A stretch of 64,000 nucleotides of DNA from Sphyrna mokarran (Eukaryota). The position numbers were made by a program, and so were the translations under genes. The notes beneath the pieces were generated by a model, which was not told the origin of the DNA, did no database searches, and saw only the letters and a program-made list of their open reading frames with translations. Positions 25,971 to 39,467 of this stretch are shown one piece after another; positions within the stretch are counted from its first letter, which is position 1; every line of letters begins with the position of its first letter. Location of the stretch: positions 65,658,001 through 65,722,000 of the forward strand of contig JAGIQG010000014.1 of the NCBI GenBank assembly GCA_024679065.1, in the 5' to 3' direction.

Positions 25971-27067
25971 TGAAATGATGTCTTAATTCAGAGAACTGCT
26001 GGCCAATCTGACGACATTGCAACTCGATAATCCCTGTAGTAATTGTTGGTAGTTTCAAGCTCACTAGTTTTGGTGTGACTATCATTTTGTAGTTTGAATT
26101 AATCCGTCCTTAAGCATCTTCTGCTTAAATTGATGGAAGTTATTTGAATAAAAGTTAAACCAATAATATTGGAAACCAATCAACTTAATTCAGTAGACAG
26201 CCTTAATTCTGAGACAAGTAAAGAATAAGTAATAGATACATTGGGTTGGAAATGTGATTTGGAGCATGAATATTTATAACTTTTATAATTATAAACAACC
26301 ATTAACACTTAATTCTTAATATAGACTCTAAAGGCAGGGTTTTCTGGCTGTGCTCACCCCCAAACCAGAAAATGCTATCTGAAGGCAACAGACTGTTTCA
26401 TGGTCTCCCTGCCTGCTATAATTCCCATAGCAGTTGGGATGGGATAACCCCCATTTAAAGTGCTGAGGGACTAAGATTCTTGTGTATTTCTCAGGCCACA
26501 GAATACAGAGATAACTTGAATGCTAACCTTGTTAGAGCCCCGGAGACACAGGTAATTTCAAGGGGTGCCAGAGCAAAGAGGGTAGTGAAGGCCTAGAGGG
26601 GACCTGTGGAGCTTGGAAGGGTGGAGAATGGACATCCAGAAGTCACTGGAGCTTCTGATAGATATGACAGCCCAATCTTGAGGTAAATCTTTCTTTCTGA
26701 CCTTCTCTCACATAAATCCAATCCTCCCCAACCTGATAATTGAAGCTGGATGGGAAATAGCCTTTATGTGGCCAAGAATTGGCCATTAAGAGCTTTAATT
26801 AGAGCTTCCAATCTGAGGGCACTTGATTCTTATTTTGCTATTAACGCACGTTCTGCCTTACCTTTGTACCATTATTCGAACTTTCGTTAGTCTTTAACAC
26901 TCCCTTTTTCTTGAATCTATGACTTCTTTGTCAAACCTTCCTTGAGCTCCCACCAATCCCTGACCTTCTATTTGGTTTCACCTGCTCTCTCTCCTCTCTG
27001 CGACAAATAATCCATCACATTTCTATCCCTCATTCATCCTGAAGAAGAATTGTATGAACTCAATGTT

Positions 27068-27434
27068 GGGCCCGATTTTACCATTGCAATGCACCCATTT
27101 TTGGGCATGAAAACTTGGTAAAGTCAGGCATGAGATGAGTAGCACGATCCGCAACTGTGTCCACACCTTTACCAAGGCCTGAAAATGGCTGTGATCGGGA
27201 TTGTGCCCAAAACAGTCACAATGGCAATTTAAATGTATTTGCATGCACTTAAATTGACTTAATGGCCTACGTGCCCAACTTTACCGGCAATTCCCCCTTT
27301 ACCACCACATTCATCCATCCAGAATCAGCACAAAACAGACATGTTCCACAAAAGTCCAATTTGGGCGCTCCAGCTGGTGAGGGGGTAAGTGCCTATCGTC
27401 TGATGGGTCTCTGTTCAAGATTAGTGGGGGGCGG

Positions 27435-27471
<37 letters not shown>

Positions 27472-27979
27472 GGTAGGAGAGGGAGGAGGGAGGTCCACTG
27501 CCACTCTAACTGAGATCAGTGAGGAGAAGAGGGATCCGCTGCCACTTTTCCTGTGATCAGTGGGAAGGAGGGGGGGGTTCTCTGCCTGGGATCATTGAAT
27601 GGGGAAGAATGGAGGGCCCGCAATCAGTCTGAGTGCTGGGTATATGGGAGGATAAAGGGGTCAGTAATGATGTGAGGCTGGGGCAATGTCTGTGGCAGCT
27701 AGGGAGAGGCACTATCCTGCCCAGGTTAGATGTGGTAGGGAGCTGCATTCTATCATTTTATTTGCGCATGTGCAGTTGGGGGTGCCGATCAGAGCTGCAG
27801 GATTTTGGGCACATTAAGCTCTGCCCACAGGCTTGTCCAGCGCAATTCGGGATAGCTGCAAATTTTCAGGCAGAGTGTGTACAGGGACACCTGAGAACAG
27901 GTCAAAAGATCAGATCTGAAACATTCCCAGTTTCCAGTTTGCCCAGCACTTAGAATCAAGATAGTTAAAAATAGGGCCA
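27068..27979. mobile_element. Non-autonomous PIF/Harbinger-like TIR element
   Basis: gggcccgattttacc ... gttaaaaatagggcc inverted termini; inserted at a TTA-like site. Confidence 0.65.
27437..27470. repeat. Poly-G tract (34 G)
   Basis: Direct homopolymer. Confidence 0.95.
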
Positions 27980-28236
27980 TTTAATTCTGTTTCTTTCTTC
28001 CAGAGCTGTCAGATTTCCAGCGTCAACAGTACTTTGTTTTTACTATAGATTCACAACTTTCTGCCTCAGGAGAATAGCCACTCAGTCAAGGCTCATATTT
28101 AATACCCTGGTAAAGGTCCAAGTATTGATTATGAAATGTGTTATAGCTCTGTGGTCTAACATTTACTATTGGCTTAAAAACTCTGAACACTATTTCTGCA
28201 AGAGCAAAACATTAAGACAGGTTGATGACCTGGATG

Positions 28237-28278
28237 CACATACACGCACAAACATACACACACACACGCACACACACA
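28237..28278. repeat. Imperfect (CA)n
   Basis: cacatacacgcacaaacatacacacacacacgcacacacaca. Confidence 0.8.
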
Positions 28279-29259
28279 TTGCTGGGCTATTGCTTTTTTA
28301 ATTCAGCCATTTAATTTGAGGTGTAAGAGTGTGTTATGTGCAGCAGTTGAAATCAAGCTTTTTAAAAAAAAAATCAATTTCCATTCCCAACTTAGTCTTG
28401 TAGCTGGAGCTTAGCTTCAGGGAACTGTTCAACCAAGAAACAAATAATGTATGGAAACTGGAAGCTATTCAACTGAACAGCTAAAAGAGTAGCGAGAATA
28501 TTTACTGTAGTGCCATTACGAGTGTATCAGTCCTTGTAGAACTCTGCATGGACAATTGATAGAGATATTCACACCTTGGAAACATTGTTGAACATTGCCT
28601 AGCTGTGTTTGTGTCGTGGAAAGGGAGTTGCATGAGGGTTTCCATCAATATATTAGGCAAATGTTCCTGTCACACACTCAGAGGTGAAAAAAAATCTATC
28701 TACGGCACCCCAGGCTGTTATCTACTTGAAACTTTGAAGTACTGGTCTGCAGTACTATTTGGTTTATTATATGAAGAACAAAAAAAATTACAGCATGGGA
28801 ACAAATCCTTGAGCCCTCCAAGCCTGCACTGACCAGGTTGCCTGCTGAACTAAAACTGCCTACCCTTCCTGGGATTATATCCTTCTATTTTCATCCTATT
28901 CATGTATCTAAAAGTCACAAATGCCCTTAAAGATCACCTCTAATCTATCATAGTTTAGTTATCTTTTTCAGGTATTAATGTAATAAGTGTCACTCACAAA
29001 TTTCAGGTCTTTAGGCATTACGAGCTGAATTACATGCAGGGTTGGGGCTCCTGTTCTAAACTGTAAAAGTCAAGGGTGAGCCTGCAGCAGTTTAAATGGT
29101 TCATCCCCTACCCTGAGGCAATACTTATGGCATGAGTAGGGAGGAGGTCTCACCTCTGAGAGCTGTCAGCCAATCTAAAGGTCAACAGTCCTCTGGTTCA
29201 AGCAGTGCCACCATGAGCAAAAGTCATTGCCAGGATTACAGGAGTCCCCGAGGGACTCA

Positions 29260-29455
29260 GTCTAGAGATGTGTAGGTTAGGTAGATTAGTCCCTTGATGT
29301 CCAGAGATGTACAGATTAGGTGGATTAGCCATTGTAAACGTGTGGAGTGATGGGGATAAGGTGGAGGGATGGGCCTGGTTGGAATGTTCTTTCAGAGAGT
29401 CAGTGCAGACTCGATAAGACTGAATGGCATCTTTCTGCAGTGTGAGGATTCAATG
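29260..29455 (+). mobile_element. HE1 SINE 3' half with internal duplication
   Basis: gtctagagatgtgtaggttaggtagattag repeated as gtccagagatgtacagattaggtggattag; CR1-type tail. Confidence 0.75.
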
Positions 29456-30029
29456 AAGTGAGTCGCGAGGGACAAGAGTGAACAGGCTGGGGAGGGGTAG
29501 GGGAGAATTGATGGGGTGGGGGGGGGGTTGATGGAGAAAACAGATAGCGGAATACGTTGGGGTGGACCTCCGATTAGCCTAGAGGCCCCAAAGAATAGGC
29601 AGTCCCCTACCCATCTTTGCCCTGCCACTAGCAAGTCATGTCAGATTTTTCTCTCCCACCATTTCCCTCGCCACTGATTAAATTGCAGCAGAGGTAGGGG
29701 CAGGTTGTGGCTCGATACCCGTAATGATGCTGCTAGTAAGGAAACCAATTTTACAGCTACCCCCACCTCAGTGTTTCCTGCCAGCCTTCACTCAGGAGGC
29801 TCAAGCATACAACTCTATGTCTTTGATCTAAATAGCTAGTAACCATAGCGATAATGCAGGATAGCGTGCACCTCTCAGACATGTATATTTTATGTAGCAC
29901 ATAACATATTATGCTGGCTTCTTATCATCATTCATATGATGATAAGAAAAATGATCACAAAAATCATCATATTTAATTTACCCTGGCCCCTCAGCTGGTG
30001 TAAGACTGCAAATGAGTTTGCTCCTTTTT

Positions 30030-30313
30030 AGTTTATTAAAGTTTATTCATTATTATCACAAGTAGGTTTACAGTAACGCAGCAATGAAATTACTGTGAAA
30101 ATCCTCCAGTTGCCACACTCTAGTGCCTATTCGGGTACACTGGGGGAGAATTTGGCATGACCAATGTACCTAACCAGCCCATCTTTCGGACTGTGGGAGG
30201 AAACCCAGGCAAACATGGGGAGAATGTGCAGACTCCGCACAAACAGTGATCCAAACTGGGAATCGAACTCAGGTCCCTGCGCTGTGAGGCAGCAGTGCTA
30301 ACCACTGTGCTAC
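30030..30313 (-). mobile_element. V-type SINE
   Basis: Reverse complement of the 1661-1961 type. Confidence 0.85.
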
Positions 30314-30319
30314 TCACCA

Positions 30320-31270
30320 AGAGAAAATGGCATTCACAAAGGAAATATCAAGAGTTAAAAAGCCAACATGTTTCTGTAAAGGTAATGGGTGCTACCAAAA
30401 AGTTCAGGAAACCCTAGATTTCAAGCACTGCTTGAATGTTAAGGGATGTATAGGATTGAATAAGCAAAACAAAAAGGAGTCTGATGGCAGATACAGAGGC
30501 TCAAAACAACGTATGAGCCAGAAGAGTATAGAAACAATAGGGGGCTGGTGTTCTTAAAAAAGAAATTAGGAGAACGAAAAGGGAGCATGAAAAATACTGG
30601 TGGGCAAATTAAAGGAAATTCCTGAAGTGTTTTATAAGTAAATTAAAGCAAGATGGTAATCAGGGAAAAAATAGAGCCTATTATGGACCAAAGTGGCAAT
30701 CTGTGTGTGTAGAGTCAATAGGTATGAATAAGATATTAAATGAGTCATTTGCATTTGTGTTCACTGTGGAGAAAGATAATATAGGTATAGAAAGCAGAGA
30801 TGTGGACAACGATATTGAACGGATTAGCATTGAAACGGAGACAGTGCTAGTGGCTTTAGCAGGTTTAAAAGTAGATAAATCCCCAGGCCCAGATGCAATG
30901 AATCTGGGTGGCACAGTGGTTAGCACTATTGCCTCACAACACCATGGACCCGTGTTCAATCCAAGCACTCTGGTTTCCTCCCACATTCTGAAAGATGTGC
31001 TGGTTAGGTGCACTGACCCAAACAGGTGCTGGAGTGTGATGTCTAAGGGAATTTCACCGTAACTTCATTACAGTGTGTTAATGTAAGCCTTACTTGTTAC
31101 TAATAAATAAACGTTTACTTTATCCTTGGCTGCTGTGGGAGGCAAGAGAGGAAAGTATAACTTTCAAATCTTCCCTAGCCATAGGACTAGAGGACTGGAG
31201 GACAACTATCATAGCGTCATTATTCAAAAAGGGAATTAAGGAAAAATGGTGAATTTACAGACCAGTCAAC
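30320..31270 (+). mobile_element. CR1 LINE ORF2 mid-region fragment with nested SINE (30907-31120)
   Basis: ILNESFAFVFTVEK...LAGLKVDKSPGPDAM [SINE] YPWLLWEAREE...LFKKG..NLQTS. Confidence 0.85.
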
Positions 31271-31414
31271 TTTTTAAATGAGTTGAGCGCTTCAGCCTCA
31301 GCAGAGCCATTGTCATTCTTATAGTTAAACACAGCAGCAATTTGAGCACAGCATGATCCCATAAAGATGAATGAACAGTTTATCTTCTTTTGTCTGGTTC
31401 ATCTGGTGTTCATG

Positions 31415-31540
31415 ATATGGAGATGCTAGCACTGGTCTGGGGTGGGCACAGTAAGAAGAGTCACAACACTAGGTTAAAGTCCAACAGATTTATTTGAAGT
31501 CACAAGCTTTCAGAATGCTGCTCCTTCCTCATGTGAGTGA
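31415..31540. mobile_element. Penelope-derived short element inside a minus-strand Deu-SINE remnant
   Basis: ggggtgggcacagtaagaagagtcacaacactaggttaaagtccaacag... matches 52100-52223. Confidence 0.65.
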
Positions 31541-31921
31541 AGTTCTGAATAACAACACTGAATAATCATCCTAGATGATGTGTTTGAATCTTCTGGATTA
31601 ATTGCTATATTGCCACTATTTGTACCTGTGAATAAACTGATAGCTATTCATTTAATGGTGCAGGCCTAAATTCATAACTCCAAATACGAGTTAGCCTTGA
31701 AATACTGTCACTTCCATGGGAAGTTTTCATTTGAAATTCCTCCTAGCTATTTTAATGGAAGGATTTGTACATTTGCCAAATTTGCTACATGAGCTAAAAT
31801 AACTGAGAGGAAATTCAGACAATCTATTTATTCGCTGTTATTGTCAGGGTCTTTGTTTTAAACTGCAGCTACCTATAATATGCAATGTCACTGTTGTTTG
31901 CATTAACACATGGATTAGTCT

Positions 31922-32228
31922 AAGTTAAATTTCTTTATTAGTGTCACAAGCAGGCTTACATTAATATTGCAATGAAGTTACTGGGAAAATCTCCTAGTAG
32001 ACACTCCGGCACCTGTTTGGATACAATGAGGGAGAGTTTAGCATGGCCAATGCATCTAACCAGCACGTCTTTTGGACTGTGGAAGGAAATCAGAGTGCCC
32101 AGAGGAAACCAACGCAGACATGGGGAGAATATGCAGACTCTGCACAGTCAATGATCCAAGACTGAAATGAATCCAATGAATGAAACACTGCTGTGAGGCA
32201 GCAGTGTTAACCATTGTGTTGCCATGCT
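31922..32228 (-). mobile_element. V-type SINE
   Basis: Reverse-complement tail, V-domain and head. Confidence 0.85.
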
Positions 32229-34240
32229 GCACATTAGAAACAAAGCCATGCACAGGTTTGAGGAGTTATGCAGGGTCTGCATCTTTGCCCAGTACAGCTC
32301 GGATTATGTTTAGGGAAAATGCCGGAAATTCCAGGACAGAGTGGGGCATCTGAAAGGTATCCCTCCAAAAGACTGGACAAGGGCCTCCAAAACTCCATGG
32401 AGGAATCTGAGTGCCCTATTGATAATTAATTATATCACCTCTATGAATTTCAATCCTTCCTGCTATTGCCAGCTAGCAGTCAACCTCCCCTTTAGGAACA
32501 GACTGTCTTTAAGTTGGGTCAGTTATTGCACCCCACCTGCACCCCATCCCCCCTTCACCTTCACAGAGATGTGCAGCCAGTTCCATCCAAGAATCAATTT
32601 CCCTGGATTCCTGAGACCACATGACAGATCACGCCCCATCTCCTGTGCATCCATTCTCAGTTGCAGTCGAAGTTCTAGGTTACCGACTCTGACCCATTTC
32701 CTTTTTGCTGCATGTGGCATGTTATTTCCCAAACACAATGACGAGTAAGATCTTCGCCAGCAAATCACAGGCTGAAATTGCTCGGTGTTGTTTTGTCACA
32801 GGGTTAAACCATTAAAAATAAAGGTTTTTGACCTTCCTCTAAAGTTTCCGGCGAAGTATCCACACCACAGCATGACAGCTTAATTTTCATACTAGGGTAC
32901 AAATTTCCTTTAGCTTTCGAGATAGTTGAGTGGAAAATAAGCAAGTAAAAGCCTCGCCTTTGATGGTTGGGAGTCCTTCACAAGCAGCTGTCGTCTAACA
33001 CCAGGCAATACACTGAGGATTAGTTGAAGTTAGCTCATCCTGACGAGATGAAAGCTGCCTGACTTGTTTGATCACTTCACACACTTCCCAGCATTTCGTT
33101 GCAATCGCTGTGCTGTTTAACTCACCCGCATCAGTGTACATCACTGGTGTTTTCTTGTAGAAATCCATCTCCCGGCACAGCAGTTACCAGAATAAATTTT
33201 GTGCTAAACCTAATCGTATCATTGTGTTCGGCACTGTGAAAAATATAAAATTATTAGTAGCTCATATGCATGTGTCTATCTGCAGGCAGTGTGTTTTCAC
33301 ATATGTGTACACATGCATTTCTATATTGTATATGTTCACACATGAATGTACACATAACACAAAAACATGTATTTATTCCCATCCCCCTGCCAGCGAACGT
33401 TCAAGAATGTTTCTCTGCCTGTTGGGAAGAGTTGAGGGAGCATGGAGAAATCTTGTCCTTAATATTAAATGGGTCTTTGTTGTTGCAATAATTATTTGGT
33501 AAACACATCAGTTCTTTTATCATCGTTGTTTTCTCCAAATTAACCCATTTTCCAGTGAAAGCTAATTAGCTACCGATATTCCGATTTCACAGGAGATTTG
33601 AAACACTCATTTTGTGCTCATACTATTCCAATCCTTAAGTAGTCAGCAACCCAACTATTCCTTTGGAATGAAAATACATATCTTTAATCTGCTCCTGTTC
33701 TGTAAATTATCCTCCTCACCTCTACACACACGATCATCTCCTGGGGCTAAGTACAATAAACACAGATTAACAGACCTCTTTAAGCTCTCATTATCTCTAG
33801 AAATGATAATGAGAAGCCGATTGCATTTCCATTCATATTATTATAATGGTGTGTTCAGCTTTCTTACTTGCTCTGGATTCATTCTTGGTGTGCAGAGACA
33901 CACAACAGTCCTATCTGAGCTCAAGATGAACCATGAGCTCAAAACCGTAGTCATCAATTTATATGGAGCCTATCTTGGAACTCCAGTGGCTAACAAAGTA
34001 TATCAATCTGCCCAGCATTGTGTGCAGATTTGATCTCAGTAATTTATTGCTAATGCCTTCATTGTGCATTAAATAAAAGCAGGGGTGAAACTTAAACAAA
34101 ATAAATCCTATCTGGAACATTTATAGTTAGACATTTAATTAAAGAAAGCCTGCTTAGATTCATAAGTGGCAAATTGCCACTGACAAATTCTGGAGATATT
34201 AAAGAATCGCTAAATGAAATAAAGTGTATTTGTTTTCATC

Positions 34241-34559
34241 TGGTAGCATGGTGGCACAATGGTCGGCACTGCTGCCTCACAGCACCAGAGATCTGAGTTT
34301 GATTCCTGGCTTGGGTCACTGTCTGTGTGGAGTTTGCATGTTCTCCCTGTGTCTGCGTGGGTTTCCTTCGATGCTCTGATTTCCTCCCACAGTCCAAAGA
34401 TGTGCAGGATAGGTGGATTAGCCATGCTAAATTGCCCCTTGGTGTCAGGGAGAATAGCTAAGGTAAATGTATGGAGTTATGGGGATAGGATTGTTGTCAG
34501 TGCAGGATTGTTGAGCTGAATGGCCTCTTTCTGTGCTGTTGGAACTCTATAATTCTATG
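34241..34559 (+). mobile_element. Full-length HE1 SINE
   Basis: Head, V-domain, tail gaatggcctctttctgtgctg...attctatg. Confidence 0.88.
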
Positions 34560-35464
34560 GTTTGGCATTTAATAAGATAGGAGGCTTGATAGCAAAATGA
34601 AGGTAAACATAGATTAAATGTAACACTGCTGCTTTGTTAAGATCCTGATTAGACAGAAAACAGGGAACAGGAAACTGATGAGAGGACATAAACAATTAAT
34701 AAGTGCATTTTAGATTGTCAATATGTAAACAGTGGTATCAACCAGGGATCAGTGTTGGGACTGTTGCTCTTCTCATTATATAATTGATGAGAAGGGATCA
34801 AAATTTAGCCCACTTCAGACATAAGTTCTGTTACTCGGGGCAGTTTCTCTCAGGGCGGGTTTGCCAAATCAGGAAACTTCCCAACTTTGTGTAGCTGCCT
34901 TGGAAGCAAAAATTTGGATCTTAGTCCTCAAAATCCCAGGAAAGTGCTAGGAGCATCAAGTTTTGTAAAAGGTTGTGCTGTAGATGGTCTATTTAATTTC
35001 ATGTTGGAATGATGTTGGGAGTTTAACGGATAGATAATTATAATTTCAGCCTGGATACATGTCTTATGTGATTCATGCTGCTATGGAGAAAGACCTTGAG
35101 AGGATGAAGTTCCATAGGACCCTATTGTAGAATTGACTCACAGCATGTTTGCTTAAAATATTGCTTAACCTCACAGAAAATCTTCAATGATCTGAGGGAG
35201 GCTGGATAAAGGCAGCAAATCTCTGGTTTATTATGTACAAATGTTCAAAGGAACCCATAGTCAGATTGAAGAGACCAGGTCTGTGAAGATTTCCAGAAGA
35301 CTGGAAGATTTGCCTTGAATCTCTGCTTTGCCCCGTACCATGGCAAACAGTTTGAGGAGGAGCAGTAAACTGGCCGAGAAAGGAATTGAAAGGAACCAAG
35401 TTCTCAGGTGCTAAGAATCACATTAGAATGTTTCTGGAAGAATAAAGTACTCATTTAAAGGACA

Positions 35465-35752
35465 GAGCCAGAGACACAAGTTCAATTCCAGCCTCAGGTC
35501 ATTGTCTGCGCAAAGTTGGCACGTTCTCCCCGTGTCTGCATGTGCTTTCTCCAGATGCTCTGGTTTCTTCCTACAGTCTAAAGATGTGCAGGTTAGGCGG
35601 ATGGCTGTGCTAAATTGCCACTTAGTGTCAGGGAGTTTAGCAGGGTAAGTGAGAGTTATGGGAATAGGGCCTGGGTGGGATAATGGTCAGTACAGGCTCA
35701 GTGGGCTGGCTAAATGGCCTCCTTCTGTACTGCAGTGATTCTATAATTCTAT
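35465..35752 (+). mobile_element. HE1 SINE (5' truncated)
   Basis: V-domain and tail aatggcctccttctgtactgcagtgattctataattcta. Confidence 0.85.
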
Positions 35753-36662
35753 CTATCTTCAGTTGACAGCTGCAAAGACTGCTGAAGAATCTTCACCTTG
35801 ACGGGTATCAAAGTTTGTAGAGAAATCTCAATCGGCTCCTAATTAAACTACACACTTGGTCTGGTACGTGTCTCAGGCAGTCACCTGAGATGGTTAAACA
35901 AATTGACTGAGCGAGTTTAGTAGTGAGATCAATGCCTGCTCAGGCTGGTGAGCTTGACATCCATCTTACACCCCAAAAGAGAACAAACACAGCACAGATA
36001 GTAACAACTGGTGACAGCACCATTTGTACCACAGATGATAATTTACAGCTCATCCAATATATTCATAACATGCACAATAAAAAATCTTTAAATAGCAAAT
36101 TTGCGAGTCTACACATTTTATATTGATTTGACAGTGGAAAATTATGACTCATGTATTAAATTGATCACACTGTCTTTGCCTAGGCAACGAGAGATATTTT
36201 TAATAAACTGCTTTTTTCAGGATATCTTACGTAAAACCTTTTTGTTGGCCTCTTGTTCAATCAAGAAGAAACTGCACAACACTCTAAGATAATTGAATTT
36301 CAGTTAAAAGTTCTGGGAAAAATAGTTTGGCTAAAGTTGTACAATAAAAAAGCATTGCCAGATATTTCAACATTGTTCATTTTTAGTGTTGGATCATATA
36401 TTGCATTGTTTTATAATGCAAGAAGATTGCAATTACACCATTAATATCTGACAAATACAATTCCTCGGTCATATTACAGCAATCCCATCTGTTGCTGGCA
36501 GTAAAATGCTTAGTAAGCAGGTACACTGTAATTGTAATAACTGTTCCTATTGCTATTCCTTAATTGCAGTTAGGTATAAGGGGCAGGGTGTTAGACTTTG
36601 TCAATGATACAAAAGAAAAAGTTTGACGAATGCTGACATGGGCTGTAAATGCCTTCAGCAGA

Positions 36663-36973
36663 GGGCAGCAAGGTGGCACAATGGTTAGCATTGCTGCCTG
36701 AAAATGCGAGGGACATGGGTAATATTCCTGCTTGGGTCACTGTTTGTGCAGAGTCTGCATGTTCTCCCCATGTCAATGTGGGTTTCCTCTGGGTGCTCTG
36801 GTTTCCTCCTGCAGTCCAAAAGATGTGCTGGTTAGGTGCATTGGCCGTGCTAAGTTTTCCTTCAGTCTACTGAACAGGTGCCAGAATGTGGCGACTAGGG
36901 CACTTTCACAGTAACTTCATTGCAGTGTTAATGTAAGTCTACATGTGACATGAATAAATCAAGTTTAAACTTA
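36663..36973 (+). mobile_element. V-type SINE
   Basis: gggcagcaaggtggcacaatggttagc...ttcacagtaacttcattgcagtgttaatgtaag. Confidence 0.85.
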
Positions 36974-37034
36974 ACAGGTTAGCTCAGCAAATCAAATTGT
37001 GGTTGATTTGATTTAGTGCAGAGAAGTATAAGGT

Positions 37035-37800
37035 GAGAAGATTTGAGTATAGGAATTGGACTGTTTTATTGCAATTGTATCGGGTGATTGGTGAGGCATA
37101 CCTGGAGTATTATGCGCAGTTTTGGTGTCTGAAGAAGGATGTTCTTGCAATAGAAGAAATATAACAAGGTTTATCAGGCTGATTTTCTGGGAAGGCAGGA
37201 CTGTCATATGCGGAGAGACTAAGTCAGTTACAATTATATTAATTGGAGTGCAAGGGGATCTCATGGAAACATACACAATTCTAACAGGAGTCAACAGGGT
37301 TGATTCAAAAAGAATTTTCCCGATGGTGGGGGAGTTCAGAACTAGAGGTCATAGTTTGAGGACAAGGGGTAAACCTTTTAGAATTGAGGTGAGGAGAAAT
37401 TTCTTCACCCAGAGGATGGTGAATCTGTGGAATTCACTCCCACAATAAGTAGTTATAGCCAAAACGTTGTGCGGTTTCAAAAAGGAATTAGATGTAGCTC
37501 TTGGGCTAAAGGGATCAAGGGACGAAGGCAGAATCAGAGTATTGAATTTGACATCAATCATGATCATAGTAATTGGTGGGACAAACTCGAAGACCCAAAT
37601 GGCCTACTCGTAGAATGTCTACAGCGCAGAAGGAGGCCATTTGACTCAGTGAGCCTGCACCGACAACAATCCCGCCCAGGCTCTATCTCCTGTAATCCCA
37701 CATTTATCCTGCTTATCCCTCTGATACTATGGGGCAATTTTGCATGGCCAATCAACGTAACTAGCATATCTTTGTTTCTATTTTCTCTGTATGTTTCCAT
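37035..37800 (+). mobile_element. CR1/HER1 LINE 3' end with antisense HE1 3' piece (37609-37772) in its tail
   Basis: GDLMETYTILTGVNRVD..RTRGHSL..FR.EVRRNFFTQRMVNLWNSLP. Confidence 0.88.
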
Positions 37801-38154
37801 AGAAGGTAATATGGTTTGGCAGCGGATAAGCATAAATGTCCATCAAAATGTAAGGACATGCAGATAAATTCGTATTAAAGGCAAATGGAATACACTTCTT
37901 GTAAATGGAGCCAAGGATAAAGAGGTAATAATGTAGTTTTACAAGTTATCATTAGAGGAACATAGACTTCTGGCACGCATTTCAAGGAAAGACATTAAGC
38001 CAAAGACAAAGTGACACGTTGATTCAGCAAGATCAAATAAAGATGAGAAAATATAGTTCGAAGAGAGGTTATTTTCATTGCAGCGAAGAAAGCTTTAAGA
38101 AGGTATAATTGAGTTTTATGTTGCAGCAGATTTATGGAGTGAAAAGGGAAATAA

Positions 38155-38977
38155 GGGGGGCAATTTTAAATCCATGCTTTCCATCTGAAGGAATGGCAGC
38201 ACGCGCTCAAAATCCAGGGAGAGCGATTCATGCCAGCCAGTTTCCAAGTTTCAATCATACTGACCCCTCACCGGTAGAGTGGCGTGAAACAAGCTGTGGA
38301 TAGAGAAAGCTCATTTTAATACATTAGCATATCATTAGCACACACTCATTCTTGGACTTCCCCCTCACCAGCTATTCAGCGGGCATGCTGACACCAATTA
38401 CGAGAATATGTTGTAGGGGTCTCCCCAAGGGCGCAAAGTTAATTATAGCACCTGGGGTGAGGAACATAGCTTGATAATGTCCCCTTGCACTGCCCTTTTG
38501 CCTCATGTGGGTGCTGGCTGTGGTAGAGCAGGGGGAGAAGGTGGAAAGGTGCTTATGAATGGGGGAGGGATTTTTGATCTTTAGGGGTGGTTAGAGAGAA
38601 GGGGCCAATGATGTTGGGGCTTGAGGGTGGGAAGGGGGTCAATGATCAGGGGAGATGAGAAGGATCCGATGATCAGGATGGACGGTAGAGGTAGCGAATA
38701 GCCAACTTTGATTGGGGTGGGGAGGGGGCCCCTAAGAGTTCCCAGGCAGCCTGGGCAGTCCATTTCTTCAGGTTCTGATCACAGCACTCTTTAAAGATGG
38801 TGCCCAATCTCTGAGCAGTCGGCCTTTGCTGTCTTGTTGAGGCCCAGGACTCCAATTAACTGCATGAAACATATTCCCTTGACGTATTTTGGCAGCATGT
38901 CATAAGATTTGGAGAGAAACACGCTAGTTTTTTTCACCCGAAGCAACACTCTGCCATTTTTGGTAAGATTTTGCCCA
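38155..38977. mobile_element. Non-autonomous PIF/Harbinger-like TIR element
   Basis: ggggggcaatttta ... ggtaagattttgccc; G-rich interior like 27068-27979. Confidence 0.55.
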
Positions 38978-39467
38978 CAATTTTCCGTGGTTGAACCAAT
39001 TTAAAAATGTTTTACCAAAGGAAATGGATCAGGCAGAGGCCATTACCCCTGTTAAAGGAAAAACAGGTAAATATTTGAAACAAATAGAGATACAGAGCCT
39101 TTGGAGAGATCAGGGCAGAGGGCTTTGTTTGCTCTAATAAACAGTCTGTATCGATACAGTCAACTAACTTGTTATCACCTGCACAATAAATTAAAAAAGG
39201 AAGAACAAAGAATCTTTGGATTACTATATAAGCCACAAGCAAATTGACATTGGGCAAGTAAGATACAAGAGTTGAATGTGTGGTTCAAAGATTGTTATTG
39301 GGCAAACATATAAAACCAGCAAATGTAAAATGGCTGCAGATGAACTGGCCAGCAGGAGGCAGGCTTACACATGATGTTACACTGGGACAAGGAGCCACCA
39401 CATCTGTGCCAAATTATAATGCATATTTAGATATCTTTCCTGATATCTGGTCATGTCATGGTTATAT

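Larger units (their letters stand above)
26820..28040 (+). mobile_element. Penelope-like fragment split by a TIR element
   Basis: ctgaagaagaattgtatgaactcaatgtt [insert] ttaattctgtttctttcttccagagctgtcaga follows the PLE end pattern also seen near 21540-21630 and 42150-42200. Confidence 0.55.

Noticed and set aside
33032-33056. CTGACGA-gat-GAAA as a hammerhead ribozyme
   Set aside because: Only 3 nt separate the core boxes, so stem II cannot form; no convincing stems I and III.
34259-34519. Recurring ORFs such as WLGSLSVWSLHVLPVSAWVSS or MAQWLALL as a gene family
   Set aside because: These are translations of V-SINE bodies.
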